Positions 37,597 through 50,800 of a DNA stretch of 64,000 nucleotides are shown one piece after another. The DNA is from Macrostomum lignano (Eukaryota), in NCBI GenBank assembly GCA_002269645.1, contig NIVC01000067.1:1-64000 (forward strand), written 5' to 3'. Position 1 is the stretch's first letter. The number at the start of each line of letters is the position of its first letter. The notes under the pieces are model-generated. The model worked only from the letters and a program-made list of their open reading frames with translations. It had not been told where the DNA came from and did not search any database. The translations under genes were made by a program, and so were the position numbers.

Positions 37597-40500
37597 AATT
37601 TTTTTCAATCCTGAAATCATTTAAAATGATTTGGCTTTTAGTCAAAAATAAAAAAAGAAATTTATTATGTATATTTCTATAATTAAAAATGTTGTAACTA
37701 ACAAAATACCTTGAATAAAACCTTGATTATATTACACATGGTTTTGATATAAAAAGCAGTAGTACTTTAATTTTCATGCCTACTAAATTTAAACTGGTTG
37801 AATGAAGCTATAATAACAAATACTAAAGATAAAAATAAAATCAATGATAATATAGGCTTACCTAGGATTCATTTATAAACATACTTATAAATTAGTCAAT
37901 TAAAAAATAAAGAATAATTACTATTTAAGATAGGGCATAAGGCCAGGGATGCAAGAATATTGAAATTTCTATAGTCTTGGACACATACTAGAATAACTAG
38001 ATAGGCGACTCAGCACATTTGTCTGCCAACTACTTTCAGTACAATAATAAGTTAAACTGAAACAGTTTAATATGATTTTTAAAGACAAGGCTCACTTATT
38101 GGCTCTTAAGCTTAAACTTTAAAAACCTTTAAACTACATATTTGGTTTGATAATTTGATAATTTTTGGTTATGGTTGAAGATTACTGATTAATTAAAACT
38201 TTGATTTATCACAGTGCCTCTATGCTTCAATCATTTGCTTTAAAATTTTTATTATTTTTTATACATGTCTTAGCTTTGCAATGACACTTAGACGAATGAT
38301 TGTCTTTTATATTTTTAAGGGATATTTGCTCTGGCGTCAGATTAGGCCCACTGGCCTAAGGAATGTATCCCGAAACAGGAATTCATTTTTTGCTTGAATT
38401 ATCCGTTTAAAGGAGAAAAAAATCTGCCGGGAAACCCAACATGTAATATACACTAATCTGTTTAGTTAATCGATTTAGAAAAAAACAAAAAGATCTAATA
38501 AATAAAGTTGAATGGAACAAGATATCAGTTTTGTAGTCCAAACTTCAAACAAGACAATACATCGTCGTCACTCGTCAGTTCATAAATAAAAAAGAAACAT
38601 ACAAAAATTCTGTTAATTGGCTTACCTAATGTCCTGAGCGAGAGTACTTCTAATTTAGGAATTCGAAAAATAATAAAAACAGACGGTGTTAAGACCACTT
38701 ATATATGTATGAAGCCTTATGATATTGTACGACCATACAACAAACCACGTGGGAGACATATATATAGGCGACAGTTCCTAGAATTAATATGGGCAACAGT
38801 ATTAACAAATAAATAACTCTCATCTGTATCAAAAGAAAGTAAGTATAAGTATAGTAGACGCGCTTTAAACTAAAATAAAAAATAGGTTAAAACACAAAAA
38901 CACCTACGTAAGAAACAGTTAAGAAAATTACAACGAGGTGCTAACTTTTCTTGGACAGTCCGCGTCGATGACAACCATTTCAATTTCTAACAGCGTGAGT
39001 AGTGTTGTGACTGTGTTGCTGTATAACGTACACAGTGTATGAGACATATTTGCATCCACTGAATTATGCAACGTTTCTATTCACTCTGATTATATCTCTT
39101 AATGGGATCTCGCTTTATAGTGAAAGATGTCGCAATTTATAGGGGAGGTTGAACATATGTCATCCAGACCAGTCTTCACACACAAACCGGTTGAGTTCTG
39201 TCGAACAGGTTGAGCAGGAAAAATCGACGATTTTATTAGAAACCAATTACTGGCCCTCTATTTGTTACAGTGGAACGCGTCAATTCTGATTGGCTGAGCC
39301 GATTCGTGTAAACGGACGTGGAATTCTCTGATTCGCTGGGCTTATTGCTACAAATCGTCAAAAAGGGCCCGGAGAACCCTCAGAAAGTGACAGTTCGATC
39401 ATAAATCATCCCATTTCTGTACAATTGATTGAAGAATTTCAGCCACGCCAAAGTTCAAAAATATAAATATCCAAAAATATATACATGAACATGTGGGTAC
39501 TGCATTGATTGGGGATGAAAAGCAGAGTGCAATGAGATATTCTGTGAGAAGATTAGGATTGAAACAAATATACTTCTCAAGGACTACTCAAACTGTTTGA
39601 GTAGTCCCTGATACTTATTTCAAAATATCTTCACGCTTGGAAAAATCCAAAATAATAGCCAACCAATCTCATACCGTAATGGATGATGGCCTGGCAAAAT
39701 AAGAGAAAAAGTGCTTGTCACGTAATTTTCCCAGACCATCTGGCGCCTGTATACTCTCAGGTCTGCATGCCAGGTGGCCGCCTAAAACCTTAAAAATCTG
39801 ATTATCTATGAGTCAAAAGTGTACTGCATGGTATAGCTAGAATCCCAATAGAAAGGGAAAAAAGCATGAAAGAGAGATAAAATAAAAATTAATTACAACG
39901 AGGGTATAGTAGACAAAGGATAATTGCTGGGAAGGGAGAGGGAGAAAGAATGGGAAAGATAAGAGAAAATGCATGTCTACTGGCAGTAGTCGGTACAGTA
40001 CAGGGGAGCAAAACTCAATAGTTTAAAAACACGGTTCAACATAAGGAAATTTAGCAAAGCATATGTACATGGTGTGCGTGTAAGTTCACCGACGACATTA
40101 GTAGCGCAAGCGAAACCGCTAAATGGAGTTTCGCCATAGACAAATCGGTCATTGACAAACTCTCCACGCTAGAGACAGAAACAACTAAAACTTTGCCGGA
40201 ACTTGCTTGCAGTTCATGAAAAATAGCTTGATATCATGAACATCTTGCTAAAAGTACATATCTGGAATTTCCAGTTTATTTACCAGATGTTTCGCGTTTC
40301 GTATAAAATATTTCTGGAATTGACAGGAACTGGAATTGACAGGGCGGTTGGCATATCCAAGCTATTCTTTTGCTGGGATAGAATTTTCAACCTGAGCACT
40401 GCTGCTATTGCAAACGGTATGTATGTATTTATCTGGGCGTACATTTGCATAGAGTTTTGTTAACTTATAAAATTTACGGCATGAATAAGCATGTACAATG

Positions 40501-41369
40501 ATGAATATGCCGCTGAATATTTGATGAGGTCATGCAGGGAGGTACCACTGTGCTTAGCTGACTTTCACGCTAAGTGATGGATGGTAGGCTAATGCAGATT
40601 TTGAATAGGCTGCCTACTGAAACATGATTCAGCAAAAAACTATCTATACTAAGCAGAACTTGAATTTCCCAAAATAGGCCTGAAGGTCTTGGCAAGTTAG
40701 GGCTAAATCAATCAAGTATGCAAGTAGATTGGCAGGTCCGCACATTCACCCGTTTTTCTGCTAGACATTCTATAGCTGACGCACTGTGCTTTCATTTATT
40801 CAAGTAGTGTGGGCGTTGCTAATCTACCTTGGATTCCTAGAAAAATGCTAATTAAGGTAGCTGTCAGCGAATTCCTCTTAAGTTTTGCTACTCAAGCTCT
40901 TATTTCAGCGTAGACAATGGAAAATTGGATTGCAAAACCTTGAGATCTAATTGCCAGGTTGTTTAACAGTACGCGATGTGAGCACAATAGAAAGGAAAAA
41001 TTCAACTAGACAAGGAAACTCACAGCTAATTGAAGGAATTTCTATCGTTAGCCAGGACAAAATGCAGTAAGGCTTTCACAGGACCAAAAATTCTCATTGC
41101 CTGAGAAGTTTTGGACCTGAACTTTTTTCCATTTCGGCGAGACCGACGGGTCCCCCTGCATGAGCGGCACCACTTCGATGGAATTGTCTTTGACCACCGG
41201 GGGCTAGCGGAATGGGCAGTCTCCACCGCAAAAATAAGGGCTTCGAATTCTACAAATGACGCTCGTACTTCTAGACTAAGAATTGCATAATCTATATAAA
41301 CATAGATCCATTCGTGAGATATTCAGCTTAGCTTTCGGTTTTTTAGAACATTGAACTGGTTCAATCTCG

Positions 41370-41725
41370 CCTTCTTAGTATATGCGCTTTGTCCAGGGCC
41401 GTAGTGCAGCAGCCCAGGCTCGATTCCAAGTGCATTCACATTAATTTAAGGCTAAATTGGAATCTTGGCTTGGCTCTGCTCGTGCAATTAACGCTTTTGA
41501 GGGCCAACCCCAAAGGCACAGTGAAGTGTACATGTTTAACGATAAATAAAGTTAGGGCCGCTGTACACTCCTGTGTGAGTGTGCACCTGTGAGTACGACT
41601 GCATACGTATCCTTGAGCTCGTGTGCCTGCTAAGGGGAGTCGGCGGAATGGGCAGTAATGCCTCTCGCCGGCTGTGTGACAATGTCGCTTTAGGTTTGCC
41701 AGGGTGCACACAGCCCCTGCCTCTA
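41370..41725 (+). mobile_element. SINE-like element, family 2 (diverged copy)
   Basis: Box-B-like GGCTCGATTCC at 41417. Central block GCTGTACACTCCTGTGTGAGTGTG...GGAGTCGGCGGAATGG...GACAATGTCG is shared with copies at about 46.1, 53.2 and 62.7 kb. Confidence 0.5.
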
Positions 41726-42478
41726 ACGAAAAATGCTCTTTGTCCAATGTCAATTCACATACTTCTCAATGTACTTTTTAGAAATGGGAGAAGCAAGCAA
41801 GCAAAGCTGCAGAGAAGTTTCAATCGTCCCAATGCACTCCGCATCGGCCCAATAATTGGCTTCGGCGAAGTCTTCGAAAGATGCTTAACCAAATTTGCAC
41901 GTTTGATTGACCGCAAAACTTGGGCGGTAGCTGACTTGAAGTTGGGTCTCGCTGCCATCGATGTAAAATAAGACCAAAACTGTGAAAATGATCAACCTCA
42001 AAATAGTGAGTCGATATACGACTCGTGCATGTGTATTGGACATTTGACATGTACATTATACATCTACTTTCAACCAGGCAACATGGCAATTCGTCTTGGT
42101 TATTATTCCGCAGTTGCTCGCCATGTACTTTTACCCCATGCCCGCATTTTATCACGTGACAGCTTTCCCATCTTTATAATTTATCCACCCCAGCTTATAA
42201 CTGTATTAGCGTGAAATAAGTGTAGAATAATGACAACTGTGCTGGGAAAATTATGCATAAAATGCACATGTTCAGAACAATTCATCATTGTACGGGCATA
42301 AGTGGGTAACTATAGACACGGGCGAGTACCCAACCTATTTCCAAATACCATTCCCAAAGCGTCTTTTTTCCTGACGGGTTATCCCAGACAGAGTTTCGTC
42401 TATGGTAAAACACAGCTTCGCGGTATGCAAAGAGCCAACCTTTGTGACAACCGATTAGAGGGCCCAACTGTTTCGCCG

Positions 42479-43020
42479 ATCTTCAATAGTCCTCTTTTCA
42501 AACTTGAGTGGCTCAACTCATTAATAAATCTAAGATAAAATGCGTAACTGCTCGATCTTCAATAGTCCTCTTTTCAAACTTGAGTGGCTCAACTCATTAA
42601 TAAATCTAAGATAAAATGCGTAACTGCTCGATCTTCAATAGTCCTCTTTTCAAACTTGAGTGGCTCAACTCATTAATAAATCTAAGATAAAATGCGTAAC
42701 TGCTCGATCTTCAATAGTCCTCTTTTCAAACTTGAGTGGCTCAACTCATTAATAAATCTAAGATAAAATGCGTCACTGCTCGATCTTCAATAGTCCTCTT
42801 TTCAAACTTGAGTGGCTCAACTCCTCAATCAATCTCAGATAAAATGCGTCACTGCTCGATCTTCACTAGTCCTCTTTTCAAACTTGAGAGGCTCAACTCC
42901 TCAATCAATCTCAGATAAAATGCGTAACTGCTCGACCTTCAATAGTCCTCTTTTCAAACTTGAGTGGCTCAACTCATTAATAAATCTAAGATAAAATGCG
43001 TAACTGCTCGATCTTCAATT
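42479..43020. repeat. 76-bp tandem repeat, about 7 copies
   Basis: Unit ATCTTCAATAGTCCTCTTTTCAAACTTGAGTGGCTCAACTCATTAATAAATCTAAGATAAAATGCGTAACTGCTCG; near-identical copies. Confidence 0.96.
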
Positions 43021-43702
43021 CCAAAGTTCAAAAGTTGAGATGCTACAACGAAATTTGCACGATTTCGAGCGTAACGCGAATTGACTTTAAAACTCCAGCG
43101 ACCAGTCTTCATCTATCCTAAATACTCAGAGTATCGACAATGTAGAAACCAGTTGTGAAACAGTGCCATTTCCACGTGTGGCAATTAGTGGCTTCTCATC
43201 AGATATTCGGCACAGTCTCCATAAGCTGAGCTTTCTGTATACAATTCATCGGTCGGAAAATCCTCTTTTAAGCAGCCGGTCGCTTCAGCGCCGCGCATTC
43301 ATCATACTTTAATGAGAGAAGGCATTTTGCCAACCCAATCTTTAGAGACTCACTGTTGATAAAGCTGCCAGCTCTGTCAGAGCGCTGCTTCCTAGCATCT
43401 GTCTGAGTGTTCATTGTGCTGCAGAATCTTTTATTTACTAGACAAAAATGGTTCTAGACAACTGATTGCTATAAGAATTTTTGGCTAGCAGTTTAGCTAT
43501 TTTCCTACAAAATTTAAAAATAGCTGCTTTGGCAATAGTAGAGTTGTTACCATACAGACCTGCCTGCTAAATGTAGCTCGTAGACATCAAGCTCTGTGTG
43601 TTGTCGATTTTTGATCAAGTTAAATTTTACTACTCCAATTGTATTCAAATCATTTCTGCGTTTACACAATCAGCGCACATTCTACAGTTTTATGGCCAAA
43701 GC

Positions 43703-44085
43703 CAAAGATCGGTAAAGTTTTTCACCTGGATGGATGGATGGATCATCTAGCACATGACCACAGGAGGGGAGAGAGGAGAAGGAATAGAGAAGAGGAGAGA
43801 GGAAAGACAAGAAGAAAGAAGAGAAGAGAAGGGAGAGGACAGAGAGGAGAGAGAACAGAGGACAGAGGACAAAGGACAGAGGAAAGAGGAGAAGAGAGGG
43901 GATAGAGGAGAGAAGAAAGGAGAGGAGAGAAGGGAGAGAAGAGGAGAGAAAAGAAAGAGAGTGGGGACTAGAGGGAAGGGAGCTGAGAAGAGATATAAAC
44001 ATTGAGCGGGCCGGATTGCGACTAGGGAATTGGACCCGAACAGAAAGGCTTCGCTGACCCACGGGTCGGAGTTTGCCGACCCCTG
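43703..44085 (+). mobile_element. hAT/Charlie (MER58-like) MITE with internal purine-rich tract, second copy
   Basis: Right TIR GTTTGCCGACCCCTG (44071-44085); degenerate left TIR CAAAGATCGGTAAAG; flanking 8-mers GCCAAAGC / GCCTTAGC (6/8) consistent with an 8-bp TSD. Confidence 0.7.
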
Positions 44086-44589
44086 GCCTTAGCCTTGGTA
44101 TGCGTGCGCAAGAAAACAACAAAAACTTACTAAAAACAACACACCGCTACGTTCTAGCTCGTATCATATTGATGAAGCGCCCACAGAAGATTCGTTATGT
44201 TTTCACTACGTCTGTCTGAATTCCAAGGGCTCTTTCATTGATTTTCAGCGGCAAGACAATTAATGCAAAAAACAATGTTTGGAGTAGGCAAGTCAGCATG
44301 CGGAGAGGCGCAGCTGGTGCTAGTCCAAAGACTTATGCGGGAGTTTAAAAATGTCGTCATCTGTGACAATGCCGGTTCATTAAAACAAGCGCAAATCTTA
44401 CAGCCAAGAGACTCCATTGTGCAGCTGAGTGCCTGCAAGCTATGCAACTCTTCCATACTCCACTTATTTAATTATTCAAGCGCTGCAAACTATTCAGAGA
44501 AGCGTCGCATCAAAATCGCATGGCAGGTTTGCTATAAGCATTTGGGAGTAGCTACGCAAAGCTGAGCTAATACCGGATGCGTCTCCATC

Positions 44590-44605
44590 GATTGGCTGGC
44601 CAATC
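44590..44605. promoter_or_regulatory. Inverted pair of CCAAT boxes about 290 bp upstream of the large mosaic gene
   Basis: Palindrome GATTGGC-TG-GCCAATC. A promoter role is inferred from position only. Confidence 0.35.
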
Positions 44606-44890
44606 AGGACCTCACATCAGGACCGCGCAAGCAGTTTGTAGTTGCTAATGGCAATGCTATGCCTTGAAAACACTAGCCACGCTAGGAGTCCGTCCCTCCG
44701 ATAGCATTTCAGTGCCTGCTATATACAGCAAAGAATACATTTTCTCTTTAAAAACTAAAATCTCATTTTTACAGCTATAGAAATTCAGCTACAGACAGAG
44801 GACACTACATGGAGTGGTTGTCTTGAGCAATTATTTGCACCTCAAACGTGATTTCTACTCCTACTATACACGCATTATAGAAAGTACCAT

Positions 44891-47800
44891 ATGAACTCTG
44901 GAGGAATCGTATTTGCGAGAGCCATGTCAACTATTCGGTTGAAGCCTACCGCTCTTTTCTGGATCTGTTTTGTTATTTTTCTATCAGCTGCGAACGGTAA
45001 GAATCAAGCAGTTTTATTTGTTTAAGCGCGTGTTCTAACCTTTCCATAGCTGTACAAGTAACCACTGAATGATTTATTGCTTACTGTCTTAAGCAATCCT
45101 TACCATCTTAAAGCCATGGACAGCTGAAATGGAAGGGTGCTGCACTCGAATTTCTTAAAAATAATCAAGAGGCCGGTATTGAATGCACTGGCGATACGAC
45201 AAATTAATCACAAGTTCCTTACCGGCCTCCAGGTGATTTGTAAGAAAACCGAGTGTAGTGTCCTTATTTTCGTGCTTCAGCTCTCCATGCGTCGAGCTCC
45301 ATCGATATACGCTTATATATTGAGAAATTTTGAGAAGTCAACGAATTCTACTGAGGGTGAGACAATAGTGAATTGAAAAAAAAACTCATGACTCAACTAC
45401 ACGGAGCCTGTGAGAAGTGCAGTGCAATGCATTATGGACCAGTTATAATGCTACGCTATGACGACTTGCTCATCCAATAAGCCGGTAGAGTAGCTAATAT
45501 AGAATGGAAGTCGCTGTTTAATGTGCGACTCTAAAAATTATGCTTTCTATAAAAAAATTTTAGGCAGCACAGTGTGCCCCCAGCTGAGCTTTGATCCAAC
45601 AAAAGAGATCTTCCAACTAGTGTCAAACAACGGCTCATCAGTGCAAACACTGACCAATAGTTCATTTAGCAACTATCAGCTGGGCGACTCAGTGCTGATG
45701 CAGTGCGTTAGTGGCTACGTTGATTCGCGGACAATGAAGCCCCCAGTTTCCCCCATTTCCATTGTCTGCCAATCGTCACCACCAGTGCCAGTGTGGAGCA
45801 ACTCGTCGCTGACCTGCATCCGTGAGTGCTGATTGCATTTTTATGGGTTTGATTGTTTAGTCTCTTTTTAAGTAGTGGCTATTGGTAGCTCGTACGGTAG
45901 TCCCTCCTTCTATTGCCCGAATCTAAAAACGGTTTCGTTAAAGCAAAAGTTTGCCTAAATCCTTCGGTAGAGCAGCTCAACGATAAATTGCGTCTGAATA
46001 CAGCGCCAAAACTCCTGGTTCGACTCAAGGCTTGTGAACGAAACATTGACCGGAGGTGGTCGTGCGCTTCACACTTATGAGAGCCAACTCCCCAGGCACC
46101 GAAAGTGTGCATGCCAGATTGATTAGAAAGCTAGGGTCTGTGTACACCCTTGTGCAAGTGTGTGTATGAGTGCGTGCCTGCATACAGTATTGGCGCGCTT
46201 GCGTGTGCTCTGGAGTCTGCGCAATGGACAGAATTGCTTCACCTCTGGTTGTGAACGATGTCGTTGAAGAGTTCACGCCAGGTTTAGTTTTATTAAACGT
46301 AAAAAAAATCTCTATATTTTCAAATTAAAAGGTTAAGTTTTGAATTCTTTCAAATTCGAATTTTCCGCTTTAAGGCTACCGTATGAATAGCCACTCCCTT
46401 GCACTGCAACAGAACTTTATAACAGTATTCAGCAAACCAACCCGATCTGACGAACCCACCTTAACAGTTCACGCATGTCTGGCAATCTCAGCTTCTGACT
46501 CTTCGCTGAATGTGTCGCTAGTAGCAGCAGGCATGGACCCGGCCAACCAGCAGTCATACGGCGCTACAGTGTCCGTGCGCTGCTCGGCTTACGGACACAT
46601 CCTGCCGGGAAATCCGTACGAGGCTGACACTGCCACTCTGCGATGCAACTACACTGGTTGGGATCTAACCTATTCTATCGATTCTGCTGGTCGCACATCG
46701 CAAACTTTCCCTGTGATTGCGGCAGTTCCCGGTGCAGCTGCTCCATCGTTTGGCGCATGTATTCGTGAGTTGCGATTTTCTTTGAGCCTGAGCCATTTAC
46801 GCTGGTAGTCAAATTACTTTGCAAATTGTAAAACAAGCAGCGCTACCATAAAAAATTGAATATTTTACATTTATTTAACCGAATCGCTTCCAGCACTGAC
46901 GTGCACCAGCTTTACAAAGAACTCTGCGGAGCACCAAACAATTTCTACTACACCCGGGATAACCGCAGTTGACTTCACTTTGCATTCGGCTTACAACGTG
47001 ACCTGCAAAAAAGGCATTGGCTACTTGTTCTCCGGCGCAAATGAAGCTAACCGGCTCAACCTGCAGTGCAACTTCCTGGGTTGGAAAGCCACGTTTTTTA
47101 TCGAAGGAGACGGTCGGCCAACGTCGTGGCAGTCGAGTGTGCAACTAAATTGGACTGCCCTGCTGACGATTCCCGCCTGCTATGGTAAAAACTGTGCTTT
47201 GGTTAACACAGAAAACAAACAAAATCTTCACAACAAAAGAAAGGGGAAATTTTTTGTAGTCTTTAGAATTTTGGCCTTTGCTCAAAAACAAGAATGTAAA
47301 TGCTTTTGTAAAAAAAGAAACGTAGACTTAAGCAGCGACGCAAATGAGCCACAATCATATAGCTCCGAACCAATCCGACTGCAATGAATAACTTGTCAGG
47401 ACAGTCGAATAGAAATCCAGGGAACCCGTGGTTGAGACTTGGATAGAATAGGTTCTGCCGCTTCTACGAGTTAGCTGATACAAGTTTCTCACTGCAGTCA
47501 GTTTTGACCGTCGCTTACGTTGGCGTACCCCTTCTAGAACCAAGTTTGTTTAGTATTCTGGAAGTTTTTATCTCATGATTCACGAAAATTCAAATGATAA
47601 TAACATCTGAAATGAACTATTTTCAATCGTACGTTACAGCTTTCAATTGTCCAAGCCCAGAGTTTACTGGTAGCGCGCCAACGCGAAAGACGGACAAAGC
47701 CGGTGCTGATCCTGCGGCTTACACAAGCTACGGATCCAACGTTACCTTCACCTGTCCAACGCCATACGGGCACAAGTTTGCAGACCATGCAGACGAGGCA

Positions 47801-50800
47801 GATGCGGTATCTTTAGAGTGCACATTCTCTGGCTGGAATGTAGTTTACTCCATTCAGTCTGAAGGCCGAGTTCCGAAGACATTTGCTTCGAGTCTTCTAC
47901 CGAGACCAAATCGACCAGAGATCGGACCTTGTGATGGTAAATCGATCTGGAGGGGCGCTAAATGGGCATTCTAATATATTTACTGCTTCATCCAATTTCT
48001 CAATTATTTTAGCGGTTCTCTGTCACAATCCGATCGATTGGGATCCTGAGACTCAAACAATGTCCCTAATGACTGCCGGGGTCAACGCATCGAATAACCT
48101 GTCAGTCGACACGGTACTGGAAGTTGTCTGCACAAATCAAAGCCTGGAGTTTTATAGGTTCAATGATAACAATCCGCCCAACAAGGCTGTCATCACCTGT
48201 TTGCCATCGAGCAACTGGCAGGTTTACCTGTTTGCTGTTGGTCCTGGCTTTAATCTAAGATTTAATGGTCCATGGTGGTTTGTTGATTCAACTATTGTCC
48301 TAAATCCTTGTCGTGGTAAGTGGTACAGCTCGAGTACATGTATACTCATATATATTCGTACATTATGCATACAAATTTATGTCTGATCCATAGGCGCTGA
48401 TTAGCATAGCGGAAATGCGCATGGCTGTCGCACGAAAAAAGCTTTTCAAAAATGCGCACGGCCTCTTAAAGATGAGGTATCGTAGATTTAACTTGACTTC
48501 GAGCTTGTCAAACGATTCACGCCTTCTTTTATTACTTTACTTTATTACTTTATTACTTTATTACTTTTTATCACGCTGATCTGGTGATAAAAAGTCAGAT
48601 CAGCGTAATATGGCGAACTTCTTGAAGGCTGCTAATCGACTGTCGCCATAATGTCGACAGTAATCGCTATTAGTCAAGAGCAGACGAAGACTTTAACAAT
48701 GGACAGATGTGAACAGCCCAAGCAACAAATATTTTCTTAGTCTTGCCGACTAAAGGATTGTAGAACTTATAGTTCGACTCATAATAAAAAGGACCTTCAT
48801 AAAGGCGTTACAGACTGTAAAAGTGTGTATTTAAGACCGTCTCTGTCAGATGAATTCACAAGACTAAAAATACCAAAATAGCGTGAAAATATCCATTTAT
48901 GTTAGGATTTTTTATGTCCATTGAATTCGAAGTAAGTTTTTCGAATAGGAATAGGACTGAAGTCTCTGGCTGCGTGAATATGACATTAAGTCGGTCGGGA
49001 AAGACGAAGGAACTATACTAGTGCATTGCCGTCACACACCCCCCTCTCCAGAGCGCATTTGCTGGAGCTCCTATTCACGTCCGGGAACTCAGTCAGCTTT
49101 AATCTCTGCGCCACCTTCGTCGAACCGCTATGAAGTCGTACAAGATTGGTCAGTTGAGTTCAAGTGTCTCAGCGGATATCGGGGTGTCAAGTTTCAGCTG
49201 ACTGTTAAGAACACCTGCAGCGTTGGTCTCGACTATCGCAAGTAAATAACATTCTTTCCAACTAAAAAGCACGAACGTTTTATCTGTCGGACAGATACAG
49301 TAAAATTGCATATATTTGGCACAAATTTTCAGAAAGCTGGTGAAATCCTGGAACAAAAACAAGGAATTCGACGACGGCTCAAACATTTGCAAATGTAAGT
49401 AGCCCATTCATCAAGTGATTCTGATTAGGTTCCTCCATAGTTAGTTCGGGACGCTTTCATAAGACCTAAATTTCACAACGCCTAAATTTCATATCGCCTA
49501 AATTTCACAACGCCTAAAATCTTTGCTTCTCTCCTTCACATTCAGTTTTAGGTGTTGTGAAATTTAGGCGATATGAAGTTTAGGCGATATGAAAGAGCAT
49601 GCAGGTTTTTAGGCGTTGTGAAATTTAGGCGTTATGAATTTAGGTGATGTGAAGTCATGTGCTTTAGGCGTTGTGAAATTTAGGTCTTATGAAGCGCCCC
49701 CGTTAGTTCTTATTGGTAGATGAATGTATCGTTAGGCTAGTAACAGATTGGCGTTGAAATCTAATGTATGCAGCATTGTTAGTTTGAAGTTTACAAGCTA
49801 TACTGTGCAAGTAAATTAATGTGTCAACTAGATCAAAACTACTACCGCGGCTGCTTCACCATGGCGGAGATCGACGCTCGACTCAATGGCGGCGATCAAA
49901 TCTTACTGCCAACCAGCGAGAACACGGTGGACTCTTGCAGGGGCGAGTGTTATACTAGAAATTACACACTGGCTGCTAAGAACTCCACAAGCTGCCTCTG
50001 CATGCTGCCCAACACTACAGATGTGATTGCAAATACAAACGACAATGCCACAGAGATTTTGCCGTTCGTACTAGCGACCGCTACTCGGGAGGAAAAGAAC
50101 TTCAATTGTATGACTCAGTGCTCCGATGGCGAGTACTGTGGCGGAAACAACAGCTTCTATTCTGTATTCGATTCTTTTGGTGAGTTTATAAAACCAAGGG
50201 CAATATTTAGGCTAAGGTAGGCTTGAACTTCAGGTGAGAACACTAGTATGTTCAGAAAAGGTAATCATTGCAATAGCATGAAGGCGTTTCGGCAGCATTA
50301 AATAAAAAACATTTGCCTCTACAAAAATTTGACCATGAAAAACTAAAATTTAAGGGAGATTTATACATTTAAGGGAGATTCAGGAAAATTTTATTTTATT
50401 TAATTAATGCCGATAGTATGACTAGGAGCCGATTCCATGAAGAAATTACAAGTGAAAAGTGACAAAAATTCCATTTCATGAGCAGCTTGTCTAATTGAGA
50501 AGGAGAACAACCATTAAAGCTTTTTCAAGGCTTGTGCTTCCTTCATGAAATCGGCCAAGGTAATATGTTGAGAAGGTAAATTAATTGTCGATTTTGTAAA
50601 CTTGCTCACACTTTTCTATTAACAACTATCCATCTAGATGGCTGCTATCGCATGGCTAAAATCGATGTCGAAAAGGTTGTTGACAATATCACCATGGGAT
50701 TAATAAGTTCAACGGCTTGCAAAGCGCACTGCAAAATGTTTCCATTGGCTGCCTACGCTGTCCTGCGGATAAATCAATGTACCTGCTTAAACGGCGTGTT

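Noticed and set aside
38600-39400. MTR 5' UTR exon and promoter (minus-strand donor near 38625; CCAAT-like and ACGCGT motifs near 39270-39300)
   Set aside because: Plausible, because an acceptor exists at 37610, but it cannot be fixed without transcript data.
41750-42480. Decayed transposase (Merlin/Harbinger/KDZ-like) on the minus strand
   Set aside because: Only vague motif resemblance (HYFEVDHFHSF, SALGRLK); no catalytic triad or TIRs could be established.
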